Below are positions 23,226 through 34,953 of a stretch of DNA of 64,000 nt, one piece after another. Position numbers and translations under genes: made by a program. The stretch spans positions 62,325 to 126,324 of the forward strand of contig JAUCBJ010003467.1 of the NCBI GenBank assembly GCA_032718475.1. The letters run 5' to 3'. The DNA is from Nemertoderma westbladi. Taxonomy: Eukaryota > Animalia > Xenacoelomorpha. Below the pieces are notes generated by a model. It worked only from the letters and a program-made list of their open reading frames with translations, searched no databases and was not told the DNA's origin. Each line of letters begins with the position of its first letter. Positions within the stretch are counted from its first letter, which is position 1.

Positions 23226-24077
23226 CTACTGGGCAGTTCCTTGAACTTGGAGACTCACCCGCTGAAACCAAGTCTTTACGGCAACTTGCAACGACGTGTC
23301 TTGTCTTCTTTTCGAAGCCTCCTCAAAGGCCGATAAGATTAGTCTGATTCGTAGAATTCTTTCTCTAACTTGATAAAGCAGCTCTCCCTGCTCTTGAGGT
23401 CCTTGGGGTTGTCGAAACAGTTGTTCCTCTAATCGCTCCATAGAGCTGAAGAATCCCTGTACGTATCCTGCTGCTGACCTCTTCCACACAGCTGGAACGC
23501 TGGTTTCTTTTGTCACTCCCATCCTGTGTATGTCTTCCCAGGCAGCTTCCGATAAGTCATACGGTAGTCCGGGTCCGGGGAAGTTCCATTGCGACTCGAC
23601 AATAGACTTCAGTTCTTCCCTTGTATATCCCGCATAACTATCCTTGGTCGATCGCTTACTTCTCGCCCAATCAATCTGGTGTTCCTCCACCGCAATCAAT
23701 ACCCTAGTGAGTACGGCTGCAGGAAGGATGAGAAGGGGATCCGAATAAACCGCATCTGCCATCCTTGCTCCGCACTCGGGTGTCAGCTCTACAGTATCCG
23801 CACTACTGGAGCTGTCGGGCCGCTGAAAAATAAGTTCTCGGCTCGAGTGTTGCTGCTGTTCCGCTGCTTCTTGGTCCCGCTTGACCTGAGCTCGAGTGCC
23901 TATGATAGACCTATGGTGTTGGACTAGCCTAGGGTCTGATACTACTACTGGAGGGATGATCTTTCTTACAGTAGGAGGTGAGTTGAACTTCGGTCTCACG
24001 CGTTCCACACTCCTGTCTGGGTCACAGATGGTTGTATCTAGGAGACTGTCTGACAGGTTTTGCTTTGTGTCAGACAT
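23226..24077 (-). CDS. First ORF of the LTR element, 283 aa, unknown function
   Basis: aaacATG start; open 283 codons ending in TAG TAA. Confidence 0.55.
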   Translation of the reverse strand: MSDTKQNLSDSLLDTTICDPDRSVERVRPKFNSPPTVRKIIPPVVVSDPRLVQHHRSIIGTRAQVKRDQEAAEQQQHSSRELIFQRPDSSSSADTVELTPECGARMADAVYSDPLLILPAAVLTRVLIAVEEHQIDWARSKRSTKDSYAGYTREELKSIVESQWNFPGPGLPYDLSEAAWEDIHRMGVTKETSVPAVWKRSAAGYVQGFFSSMERLEEQLFRQPQGPQEQGELLYQVRERILRIRLILSAFEEASKRRQDTSLQVAVKTWFQRVSLQVQGTAQ

Positions 24078-25423
24078 GTTTGTTTGTACAGTTGAATGCC
24101 TACTGCTATATTACAGTTTAAGCAAGTCTAGTAATTCAGTATCACCGTTAGCCTAGTAATTAATTACCGATATCGTTACTCTATGTAACGTGATATATAT
24201 ACAATATATTAGAATACCGGTATACACTTATAGTATATATAAGTATAATTATGGACTAGAATTAATTACAGAATACCGGTATATAATTTCAGCACAAATA
24301 TATAGAAATATATAATAGGCCTATATCGTAAATACCGGTATACTATACAGCTTACACTTATAGTATATATAAGTATAATTATGGACTAGAATTAATTACA
24401 GAATACCGGTATAATTTCAGCCTAAATTTGTAGAAATAAATATAATAAGCCTATTGTAAATACCGGTATATCAATTATTTTAGAATAATTGAATTTCTGA
24501 ATTTTAGGGGTTACTTGGTTACTTTCCTTTACTTTATTACCGTTATTTAAGCAGTAGTCCAACTGATATTAAGACCTAATTGTTGTATGACAGGCCTACT
24601 ATTTTATAAATCGGTTTGAGTTGATTTATAATATATATACCCCTATAATGGGTTTTGTCAATATTTGAAATAAATGTTATTATTTCTGGGAAGGAGTCAC
24701 TGCACAGAAGCTGTACGCTCTCAGTGGAGTGCTACTTGTTGGATACTAAAACAAATAATTCTAATTTACCTAAGTTACTTAATACTACAAATTACGTACA
24801 ATTCGGGGTGAGATTACAATCTCTAAATAAACACAAAAAATTACACGTACAAATTTTTAGGGTAATTTTACAAGGAGTCTACAAACCAGCCTAACAAAGG
24901 GTTAGAATATCTGGTTATTACAAACAGACAGGGTACTACGGTATTTGAAAATAACAAAGCAGTAGTAAATATACTGCATTGTCCAGATAGGAAAAATACC
25001 ACCGTCTGACGACTTATAGCCGTATCGCTATAAGTACTACGTTATGTATCACGGAGTGTTCCTACCTAGAAGTTAATTACCGCGGTCTACCAGAACCAAC
25101 GTGCCTATTAACCACTTTACAACACAAATATACTGCCTACACACTAATTACCTTCGGAAAGCACTGTACACTAAACCCTAAATTAGGTACAAGTACTTAT
25201 ACGACAAATAATCAGCAGTTAGAAATACTTGTACAGCTAAAAGAACCACGGTATCTGCTGGAGTGACCGGGGCATAAAATCACCAGTCTTTACCTACGCC
25301 AAGCAGCCCTGATGTAGTACCGAGGTTAATTTAACTATAACGGTATGTATAACAAGCACAATTACTGTAGGAATAAACTTGGGTTGTGAATGTTGCGAAT
25401 AATCGCATAAACTCTGAATAATA

Positions 25424-25996
25424 AATATTACGCTACGCGTACAGACTACTCAAACAAAATACAGACCAAACGCTGGCAGACTACTATCAAGCCTAAACAA
25501 ACTACAGTATATGCAGACTCCGAAATGGTTAGTTATTATGCGTTCTAACCGAGTAGTACGACTTATTCTTTCAAGGGGATTTACCTCACAACACTGGAAG
25601 CCCCTACGTTCCTAACTAGTACTTTATCGGACATACACTCTACAGACACCGCAATCTCTTCAGACCTAACAACAGCCAGACAATAATCCAGCCTACAAAT
25701 TATCTAAATAAGAAATATTACGCTACCCGTACAGACTACACAAACAAAATACAGACCAAACGCTGGCAGACTACTATCAAGTCCAAACAAACTACAGTAT
25801 ATGCAGACTCCAAAATGGTTAGTTAGTATGCGTTCTAACCGAGTAGTACGACTTATTCTTTTGAGGGGATTTACCTCACAGCACTGGAAGCCCCTACTTT
25901 CCTAACTAGTACTTTATCGGACATACACTCTACACACACTACAACCTCTTTAGACTTAACAACAGTCAGACAACAGTCCAGCCTACAAATTATCTG
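25424..25996. repeat. ~290-bp tandem duplication in the LTR-element leader (plus a ~130-bp duplication near 24210-24470)
   Basis: aaatattacgctac...ccagcctacaaattatct occurs twice at period 290. Confidence 0.85.
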
Positions 25997-26263
25997 TACA
26001 ATCTGAGCAGGCTTACACATCTTCTGCTCAATATTAACCTACAAATAAATAAAACTGACAGAAATAGGCCTAAGTAAAATCCCAATAAAAACCAGGCGTC
26101 CCCGATTACTTATTAAGACCTACCAGTATATAATTATCAAAATCGAATAATACTGCTGTACTTGTACTGCTGTAAGTACCGGTCCGGGTGGTTAGGTAGT
26201 CAGGCCTACTAAGTACCGGTCGACCGGTACTTCAGCTTTATTGCCTACTGCAATACAGAAGCA

Positions 26264-26274
26264 ATATCTGTTAT
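26264..26274 (-). promoter_or_regulatory. Non-tRNA primer-binding site candidate (ATAACAGATAT)
   Basis: Immediately follows the 5' LTR end, has no TGG, and is perfectly complementary to the LTR-internal ATATCTGTTAT (27000-26990, element sense). Confidence 0.6.
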
Positions 26275-27435
26275 TGTTCGCGCTTTCAGACCTTTAGCAG
26301 TTTAACCTGCCAAATTTAGATGTCTTCTAGATTATAAATCGACTTTAGCCTATGACGAGTATTTGATACACTACATTAGCCGAAGCCAGTCTATGCGCGA
26401 CCATTCACCCACTGGATATACCCGGGAGACTGGATTCGGAAGCTTTGACCTTATTGCGGTGTAGGCCTACTGTATTATTCGACTGATCGTTAATATATAA
26501 TCTCTGACCAATATTATTCACTTTCGGGAAATATTAACAGTTCCTTTAGGACGTGGCGCTCTAAATATGTAAACAGAGTTATGACTTACACTAGACACAA
26601 CAGGATGGCTATGGATTCACGTATAAAGCGCATTCTTTAGGAGATGCTTTGTTATCAGTCACAATCAGGCACACTACCGCACAATACTGCACACCGATCT
26701 GCCGACCTTCACTAATTTTAGTCACATATAAAGAGAACAGCAAACGACTCATGTAGTGCCTATGAAATAGCATTAGATTCACTCCAAAACCAATATAATG
26801 TAAGTCGCAATTGTTATATGTAACCGGTCTCTTACCTTCAGTATATCAAGAAGATTGGGGGTTTTATAATTATTTATCGATATTATCCAAATATAATAAT
26901 ATTCCATCAACTGATATAATTAATAACCAACAGTAAATAGCAGTAAAAATGCGGTGTGGTATGTTAGATTGGATTGATTGATTAGTTTGATAACAGATAT
27001 ACGTTTCTATGATCAAGCCTACTAATGTTTGGCTAAAGCCTGAAAACACAGAAATTCCAAAGCCAGTCTTCTGGCATCAGGAAAAAAGGTAAACATTGAC
27101 CCATAATGCATTGCGCGATTTCCCGGAGGTTTCTGTACAAAAAACAGGAGAATCGCTCTGATTGGTTGTCCGAACAAAGGAACAAAGAAAAAGCTACACG
27201 TGTACATATCAGCTGTTAGCTGTCGTCATAGTAACTACACTGTGTCAAGAGGATTTTAGCGTATTGCGACATAAAATTGCTAGTTATGTCCGCTAAAGTA
27301 CACATACAGAAGAAATGGCTTTTTATGTCCACTAAAACACCGGTACAGTAAGGAAACGGCTTTTTATGTCCGTTAAACCAACTACAGAGTACTTTGCGGG
27401 GAAAATAACCAGCTAATTCCGCAAAAGCTTTTACA
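26275..27435 (-). repeat. 5' LTR of the BEL/Pao element
   Basis: 1161 bp, TG...CA termini; contains CCAAT (~27160), CACGTG (~27197) and a splice-donor-like GAAG|GTAAGA at 26836. Confidence 0.95.
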
Positions 27436-27990
27436 ATTTGAGATCGGGATTGCAACTGTCGGGATCCCGATTTTCGGCATCGGGATTTTTAATTTTATTG
27501 CGGCCAACTCATCTAAAACTTAAAATAGCTATCTGCCCTGCCAAAGAACAAAAATGCAACAAGACAAGAATGCTTTATAGGAGTAAAAATAATCGATTTT
27601 CGATATTCTCAATGTGCAGCTTCAATGCAGCAGGCTGATTGTAGTGGTAGTCGTATTAAATAAAGTATAGGGTGTGGGATTGAATGTGTATCTTTTACTT
27701 TCAGGGAAAAGTATAAGAATCAACTGGAGCAGAATAACAAATAAATAAAAAGATTTAGAAAGATCTACTTTTTTCCATAGGGTTCACAGCCAGTTTATTT
27801 CCCACGTACGTATTTCATTTAATTCGTGTTAAATATAATTTCAGCAACATTTTTAATAGAAATATACTTTTCATGCCCTATATTTTTTATTTATTATGCC
27901 ATATTTAATTTTATTACTTTTTATGCCTTATATTTTTTACTCGTTTCCCATATTTATGTAGGCCAAACAGTAACACGGTACAATGTACAA

Positions 27991-30900
27991 TAAGGTGGAG
28001 TGATTTGCACTTTTTTTCGAATTTGTGTTGGAACCGGTGTGGGAAAGTTGTGAAATCGGTCAAAAATAACTACTTCAAAGTTTTACAAAATTTCATCAAA
28101 ATCTTCACCTCTCTCACGACTTTCCAAAATTTGAAAATTGATGCGCGCCTTCAAAAATTTTAAAATTTTGTAATTTCATGCAAGCCTTTATTTTTTACTG
28201 AACCATGCAACAGTATCTTTAAAATGAGTCAATGGGAGCTGTGAAAACCTTTGATCTATTTTGGTTTATATCTTCACCTCCCTCCAGAGGTGACAAAATG
28301 GATAAAAAAAGTGCAAAAATTTAAAGTACTCTTGTACTTCCAAGTACTATTTTAAACCTACTGCGTACTTGATTTGCTAAACATTACCACAAATACTAAT
28401 AAAGAGATTGCGGGATTTTTAAAATTGTTGTTGATGAGTGTACTGTCAGGTGATGGCATTCTGAAATCAGTAATTCACTTTTTACATACTCTAAAGTCAG
28501 TCTTGACATACTGACATAACATGTTAGTATTAGTACTGTATGTCATTTCAGAATTTACTTTTGCTACTTGTATCGATTTATCAAAGACCAAAATGATCAA
28601 TTGTACCAGAAACATAACTGTCATCTTTAACTAGGTAGGCCTAACTGTTTCTGGTACACACAACTGTGTTTAGTGAACAGCTTGCTAGGGCAATTTATTA
28701 GCAAAATTTGGACAGTAGGCCTATACACAAATTTCAAATTAGAATTCATGGACATACATGTAAGTCTAATCTCACTATTAGTTATTGAACACTAATATAA
28801 GTTATAAGTTAAACTTGAAAGCTGGTCACTTCAACATGTCAGTGGATCTTACACCATCAACAAGTGGAATACGTATTGATACAAGGCCTAAGTGTCCTAT
28901 ATTTGGGTATGCAACGGAACTGCCTAAAAATAAGCTGCCTACATATCGTGACATATTGCTTTGCTTTCTAAACTTGCGACAACCATTTAGACGAGGAACA
29001 GCTGGAAATAAAAAAACTGCTGAAATATCTGCCAGTGTTGCCAAACGCAAACATGTTGCAGAGGTGTGGCACCGAGCATCCATTCCAACAATGCATTATA
29101 AAAAGTTAATCCAGAAGGTATCAAAATATTACGAAAAGTACCAGAAACTCCTTAAGAACATTAAGGGTCGTTCTCAGACTGAGGCTTTTAAGTTAAAGTT
29201 AATCGATTTTAAAACGGGTGGAGATTTGTTATTCGATGTTGCTTCCTGTAGGTGTGTAAACTTTGTAGAATGTCATTGTGATAAAGCTCTAAAGATACCT
29301 ATTATAGAACGTGCATTCATTACTGACCAAAGAAGTTCTCGACGAATGGCCATTGGAGGGGTGGATATCAAGGAAACTGAATTGAGACATAAACGCAACC
29401 TTCGGAAACAGGCTAATAGAGCTACTAACCTCGGTGACAATGCTACAGATCCTGTCCAAGTTGATACTGATTCCAGTTCTATAGCATCTGATCCAGATTC
29501 TGATAATGATTTTGTAGCCACAATTCGAAAACAAAGTAAACCATCATTATCCAGGTTATCTAGAGAGTGTGACCGGTATGGAGTGTCAGACCGTGCTGGT
29601 GCAGCTATTGCTACGGCCATTCTTGAAGATATTGGCATGGTTGGTCAGGAATCTTCTGATCTTGTTGTAGATCGCTCAAAGTTACGTAGAGAACGTTCAA
29701 AGCACCGTGCAGGTTTACAAAGTTCCATAGTTGTCGAAGTCAAAGGCCTCTACTTTGATGGGAAAAAGAACAGCACTAGAACACAGACAAAGGTAGGAAC
29801 TAGAGTCTTCCCACGAATGAAAAGTGAAAATCATATTGCTCTGGTAGAAGAACCTGGTTCAAAGTATCTTGGGCATGTGGCGGCAATTTCAGAAAAGTCG
29901 GTAGATGTACTTAATTCAATAGAAAGTTTTTTCAATCGAAATGACATTGCGATTATTGATCTAGATTGTGTGGGGAGTGATGGCACTAATGTAAATACAG
30001 GTAAGAATAGAGGCATCATCCGCCGTCTGGAAGAATCAGTGAAGCACCCAGTCTGTTGGTTCATTTGTTTACTTCATTGTAATGAATTACCATTACGTCA
30101 TTTATTTTCTCACTTGGATGGCACAACATCTGGTCCGAACACATTTACTGGGCCAATAGGAGGTCAGCTGGCATTGTGTCACCATCAACCAATTGTGAAA
30201 TTTAAAGCCATTGATGGACCACATCTATCACCGATTCTAGACAAATATAAGGACCTCAGCAGTGATCAGAAGTATCTGTATGAGATAGTGCATGCTGTTA
30301 AGTCTGGCAGCTGTTCTGACACTATTGCACATTGGACCCCAGGTCCAATATCCCATTCCAGATGGTTAACGGTAGCCAGTCGTCTCCTTCGTCTCTATGT
30401 ATCCACTCAGGAACCCACTGACACATTAGTAACGCTGTCCACATTTGTTATTAAGGTGTATGCACCACTATGGTTTGAAATCAAAGTTAACTGGTTATTC
30501 TTTCATGGAGCTTGTCATTTAGCTAAGATGATTTCCTATAGTAACTACTTACCAGATCATCTTAAATCAATTGTCCAAGATGTCATTCAGAGAAATGGGT
30601 ATTTTGGACATCCTGAGAACATTCTTCTCGCGATGATTTATGATGAAAACAAATACATCCGTCAGCTAGGGTATAGACGAATTCTTGCCGCCAAAAGAGA
30701 GTTTGACGCCAGAGAAGACCCCATACAAAAAATTCGGGTATTTGCACCACCGCCATTAAACTTTGACATCACTGAATCAGATTACATCGGACTTGTTGAT
30801 TGGTCAGTAGTAAAGAAATCTGTTCCTCCATTGTTGCGCAAGCTTACTGTTGAGGAGTTGACTGTACTCTGTACCTCTGGTGACATCATCGATCTACCAA

Positions 30901-31630
30901 AATTTCCCCATCACACTCAAGCTGTAGAAAGGATTATACGACTGATATCACAAGCAGCTTCTACACTTGTTGGTGGAGACCGTCGTGATGGCTACATAAG
31001 TTCGAAGTTGGAGTCCCGGTCTTTGATTCCTTCATACCAAACAAAGAAAGACTATAAATTCACTACCTAAACTATGATCATTCAACTCAACTCTTAAATC
31101 TGCAGAGCCGTGTCCGTCTGTAGACTATGTAATATAAACTGATTAATGGTAGTCTTGGGGGCAATTTAAATCAGTATTATATACTTGAATGTCATATAGT
31201 ATAATGGTTCATTCAGAAATAAATAAATTGAATATTGTTGTAGTCCAAAGTTATTTAAGTTTCTCATAATTTACGAAAGCTCATTTGACATTTTTGACAC
31301 ATTGCACCCCAAATTGTTAACAATTGACATCCCTTGAGGGAGGTGAAGATGTTAACCAAAATTTTTAAAAAAATTTTGCGGTTACTTTTGACTCTTTTGA
31401 AAGATTTTATTGCCAGGTTCAGTCAAAAATAAACGCTTGTATCAAATTACAAAATTTTAAACATTTTTGAAGGCGCGCACCAATTTTCAAATTTTTGAAG
31501 GTTGTGAGAGAGGTGAAGATGTTGATGAAATTTTATGAAACTTTGTAATAGTTATTTTTGACCTATTTCACAACTTTCCCACCCCGGTTCCAACTCAAAT
31601 TCGAAAAAAAGTGCAAATCACTCCATCTTA
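27991..31630 (+). mobile_element. Apparently autonomous hAT-related (hATm-like) DNA transposon with ~300-bp TIRs
   Basis: taaggtggagtgatttgcactttttttcgaattt... at the left and ...aaattcgaaaaaaagtgcaaatcactccatctta at the right; inverted similarity extends ~300 bp. Confidence 0.85.
28836..31070 (+). CDS. DDE transposase (hATm-like), uninterrupted
   Basis: YFDG, SDGTNVNTG, CLLHCNELPLRH (CxxH), HSRWLT and HTQAVER motifs; first ATG at 28836. Confidence 0.85.
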   Translation: MSVDLTPSTSGIRIDTRPKCPIFGYATELPKNKLPTYRDILLCFLNLRQPFRRGTAGNKKTAEISASVAKRKHVAEVWHRASIPTMHYKKLIQKVSKYYEKYQKLLKNIKGRSQTEAFKLKLIDFKTGGDLLFDVASCRCVNFVECHCDKALKIPIIERAFITDQRSSRRMAIGGVDIKETELRHKRNLRKQANRATNLGDNATDPVQVDTDSSSIASDPDSDNDFVATIRKQSKPSLSRLSRECDRYGVSDRAGAAIATAILEDIGMVGQESSDLVVDRSKLRRERSKHRAGLQSSIVVEVKGLYFDGKKNSTRTQTKVGTRVFPRMKSENHIALVEEPGSKYLGHVAAISEKSVDVLNSIESFFNRNDIAIIDLDCVGSDGTNVNTGKNRGIIRRLEESVKHPVCWFICLLHCNELPLRHLFSHLDGTTSGPNTFTGPIGGQLALCHHQPIVKFKAIDGPHLSPILDKYKDLSSDQKYLYEIVHAVKSGSCSDTIAHWTPGPISHSRWLTVASRLLRLYVSTQEPTDTLVTLSTFVIKVYAPLWFEIKVNWLFFHGACHLAKMISYSNYLPDHLKSIVQDVIQRNGYFGHPENILLAMIYDENKYIRQLGYRRILAAKREFDAREDPIQKIRVFAPPPLNFDITESDYIGLVDWSVVKKSVPPLLRKLTVEELTVLCTSGDIIDLPKFPHHTQAVERIIRLISQAASTLVGGDRRDGYISSKLESRSLIPSYQTKKDYKFTT

Positions 31631-31853
31631 CTAAATAACCCCCCCCCCCCCCCCCCCCACCCCTTAATGATGAGAAATCATTTATATTTTTCGTACCAGT
31701 AAATAAATAATACTGTATTAGGTAGATTTAATTACTTATTCGTTGCTTGCTTAATTTTATGTGTGAATTTGTGTTTAAACAAAATATTTGGCAAAATGTA
31801 ATTAATAATCTTAAAAATGCTGCCATCGAAATTACAAAATATATTTAATCTAG

Positions 31854-32066
31854 GAAGTAAAGTTTGACTGCTATTCAATCAAAGGAGAGGTTTTGGCGTT
31901 AGTCAAGGATTCCAATACTGGTACAAAGCTCGACCAGATGAGATTGTCACCGGTAGATGTGTATCGCGGTAACGATGGTTTCACTACTGAGGGTGCCTCG
32001 GATGGCGAGATCATTTACTTAAAAAAATGTCATGAAACAGAAGTGAAGAAAGAAATTGTTGGATAA
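31854..32066 (+). CDS. Putative terminal coding exon (70 aa), phase-compatible with 10989-11100
   Basis: tttaatctag|GAA..., open EVKFDCYSIKGEVLALVKDS...KKEIVG*, AATAAA at ~32108. Confidence 0.5.
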   Translation, partial: EVKFDCYSIKGEVLALVKDSNTGTKLDQMRLSPVDVYRGNDGFTTEGASDGEIIYLKKCHETEVKKEIVG

Positions 32067-32414
32067 AAGGAACTCGAACTCGCGACAGAGAAATATATTT
32101 GACAAACAATAAATAACAACAGTATTTGCGAATCCGTTGTAATGGGGAAGCCACTTCTACAAATGCGGGGGAATAGCATGTCAGTTATTAAACTATATTA
32201 ACTTAGTCATATCACAAGTTTGTACCGTCGGGTGTGCGTTTAAACTCGGTTGAGGGTGGGACCCAAGGCGATACCTAGTACTAGGTATCGCCTTGGTGGG
32301 ACCGGTAACAATTATTGATTTAGGGTTAATAGATGGGGGGTGGGGAATGTTTAATTGGAGAGTATTGCTCGAATGTTGTATTTATTAATTATTTATTATA
32401 AATATTAGTTTCTT

Positions 32415-32638
32415 ATTAAATAAACTCAGTTATCGCTTGCATTAAATAAACTCAGTTATCGCTTGCATTAAAGAAACTCAGTTATCGCATGCATTATTAA
32501 AGAAACTCAGTTATCGCTTGCATTAAAGAAACTCAGTTATCGCATGCATTATTAAAGAAACTCAGTTATCGCTTGCATTAAATAAACTCAGTTATCGCTT
32601 GCATTAAATAAACTCAGTTATCGCTTGCATTAAATAAA
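32415..32638. repeat. 26-bp minisatellite (~8 copies)
   Basis: attaaa(t/g)aaactcagttatcgc(t/a)tgc repeated. Confidence 0.9.
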
Positions 32639-32659
32639 CGAAATTTTAAAGAAATTAAA

Positions 32660-33284
32660 AAAAGATATGAGCGTTCAAATCTTGCATGGTTTTGCACCGG
32701 TGCGAGGCTATTTTATTCTATTTAGTAAATAAACCATATTCTGGAACATTTTTTAAATGTATGAATAGCTACGTAATAGTATGATTAAAGATGTAATGCA
32801 TTGTTGCCCAGCTACGTATTTGGATAAACAAACTATTCTAGATTATGACGTATTTATTAAATAGAATAAAATAGCCTCGCATAGGTGCATAACCATGCAA
32901 AATCTGAACGCCCATATCTCCGCTATTTTTCAACGAAATTCAAATTGTGTTACATATTTGGAATCCTTGTACGGTCAGCTTTCTATCAGTACCCACCAAT
33001 CACTATAAGGTTAAATAATAACTGCGGTGTAACTGGTGTAATATCGCTGGAGACTTTTTTTTTAAGTTTTAAACGCTTTTTTTAAACTTTAACGCTTTTT
33101 TTAAACACTTGTAGCTAAAGATTGAAAGCAAAAATAAAAAGTCTGGCTCACCCAGTCAGTAGTGGTCGGGAGGTGAAACTATCTCTGTTTCAAATTTCAT
33201 GCAATCTCATTACGATTTGTAGAAAAATTAGGGGGGGGGGGGGGTGTCACTGAATTACGACACTATATTCTGGGAAATGGTGTA
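32660..33284. mobile_element. MITE/foldback related to the 4551-6590 family
   Basis: Inverted arms ~32663-32732 / ~32850-32918; terminal ttgtagaaaaat..ggggg..gacactatatt..atggtgta as at 6520-6587. Confidence 0.5.
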
Positions 33285-34953
33285 CTTTGGGAGCCGTCAC
33301 TTAGTTGCACTCCCTTCTATAACTAGCGTTACTACATCGAAGGACTCTCGCAAAACTACAACGCCCAGTTTTTGCCACAGTGGTGGATAAACGATGCTCA
33401 TTGACGTGACACTGCGAAAGTTATACAATCTCACTTAACAAATACCGGTAGGAATAATTATACAATTCGGTAACATAGTATAGTATAAAATCCTGCATGA
33501 CCCTACAGATACCACAATAACTGATAGCTACACGCCATCTCGGCGAACTCTATGTCGGAGTATTGCGTTGTTCTATATGGCAGCCGAACTGTCCAGGTAA
33601 GGCAAAGCATTCTAGACGTTTGGACAATTCCTATCTAATATTTGTTGTTTTAACTGCAACTGTTGTGTCGGATAATTGATTGATTACCGACAAGTAAAGA
33701 AAATCTGACACAAATTGAAAGATTTTTGATAGATTATTCCATAATTGATTACAACTACTGCCCACACAACCTCACGCAAGATGAACTGTTTCTTTTTTAA
33801 TTTATAATAATATATCGATTGTGTTAAAGGTAAGTAATATAGGATGTCAAGTATGAAAGTCGAATTATCATTCAACATCCTCCTGACACTAATTATTGTT
33901 CTTCCTCACACCAGTTAACTATATTTACTGATGATATAACTAATTAGAAGACCGTAAGGGCTTCTTGCTGTCAAAAAACACGTCTGTGGGGGTGTGTGTA
34001 TGTGTGTGTGTGTGCACTGGTTAACGCTACATACTGTGGACGTAAGTGCCATACAATACCCACGTTCTGGGGACCTTTCGCGAACTGGGGACGTCCCCAG
34101 AACATTCTGACTGGAAATTCGAAATCTTCATTGCCAAATTAGTCTAAATATGAAATTTCACCGTATTTAGGCTCAGTCCCCACTTTGTTTGTGTTAAGCC
34201 GCACTCGTATGTGTTCGGTGTGTATGGGATGTAAATATTGATGTCCCCACTATAACAGTGATAAGTATACACACATTATCTACGTCATTTTGTGACGTCA
34301 CAATGTCCCCAGTGAGCTTAATTTTTAACGACCCCGGTTTGTGGTTGAAATTAAGTATATTATGAGTTATGTTCAATTATTTATGGATTAGTTAGTCAGG
34401 TCTGTCTTTGAGACAATGCAGCTCAGGCAATCCCTAGATAATGTTTTTTTTATTGCTTTTATACACTCGTGAATAATTGTAAAAGTTAATATTTCATTAT
34501 GAGTTACCTAAGCACCCCTTGTGGTGCAACTTTCCTCAGTTACTATAACAATGGATTTTCACTTTGTCGATAGTGCTAAACAATCCCGCATGCACTATGC
34601 ATACAAGCATGTAGCAATTTTTTTAAAAAATATGTGGACAAATATCGTAATACGGCTACTGCTACTTTTTTTTCTGCGGGGGCATTAATTAAATTCATGT
34701 TTAAAATAAATACAAATAAGGTGGAGCACAACGATATATGATATAACTCTTATCATTCAAATTACATTCAACTCATTCAATTATATTGAATATATCATGA
34801 ATTTTATACCTTTAATTTTTTAGACCCTTCTACGTACTGTAGTTGAAATAGACATTATAATAAATTAACGAAAACACACCCATTCTAAATAGTGTACTGT
34901 ACCTGGCGCATATCTGGGGACATTAGTTTTTTAGTGCTGAGAGTATTATATTA

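Larger units (their letters stand above)
11160..27435 (-). mobile_element. Non-autonomous BEL/Pao LTR retrotransposon (16.3 kb)
   Basis: Two 1161-bp TG...CA LTRs, 5-bp TSD ATTTG (11155-11159, 27436-27440), PPT-like TGGGAGCGG next to the 3' LTR, and a BEL-type Gag-protease ORF. Confidence 0.92.
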
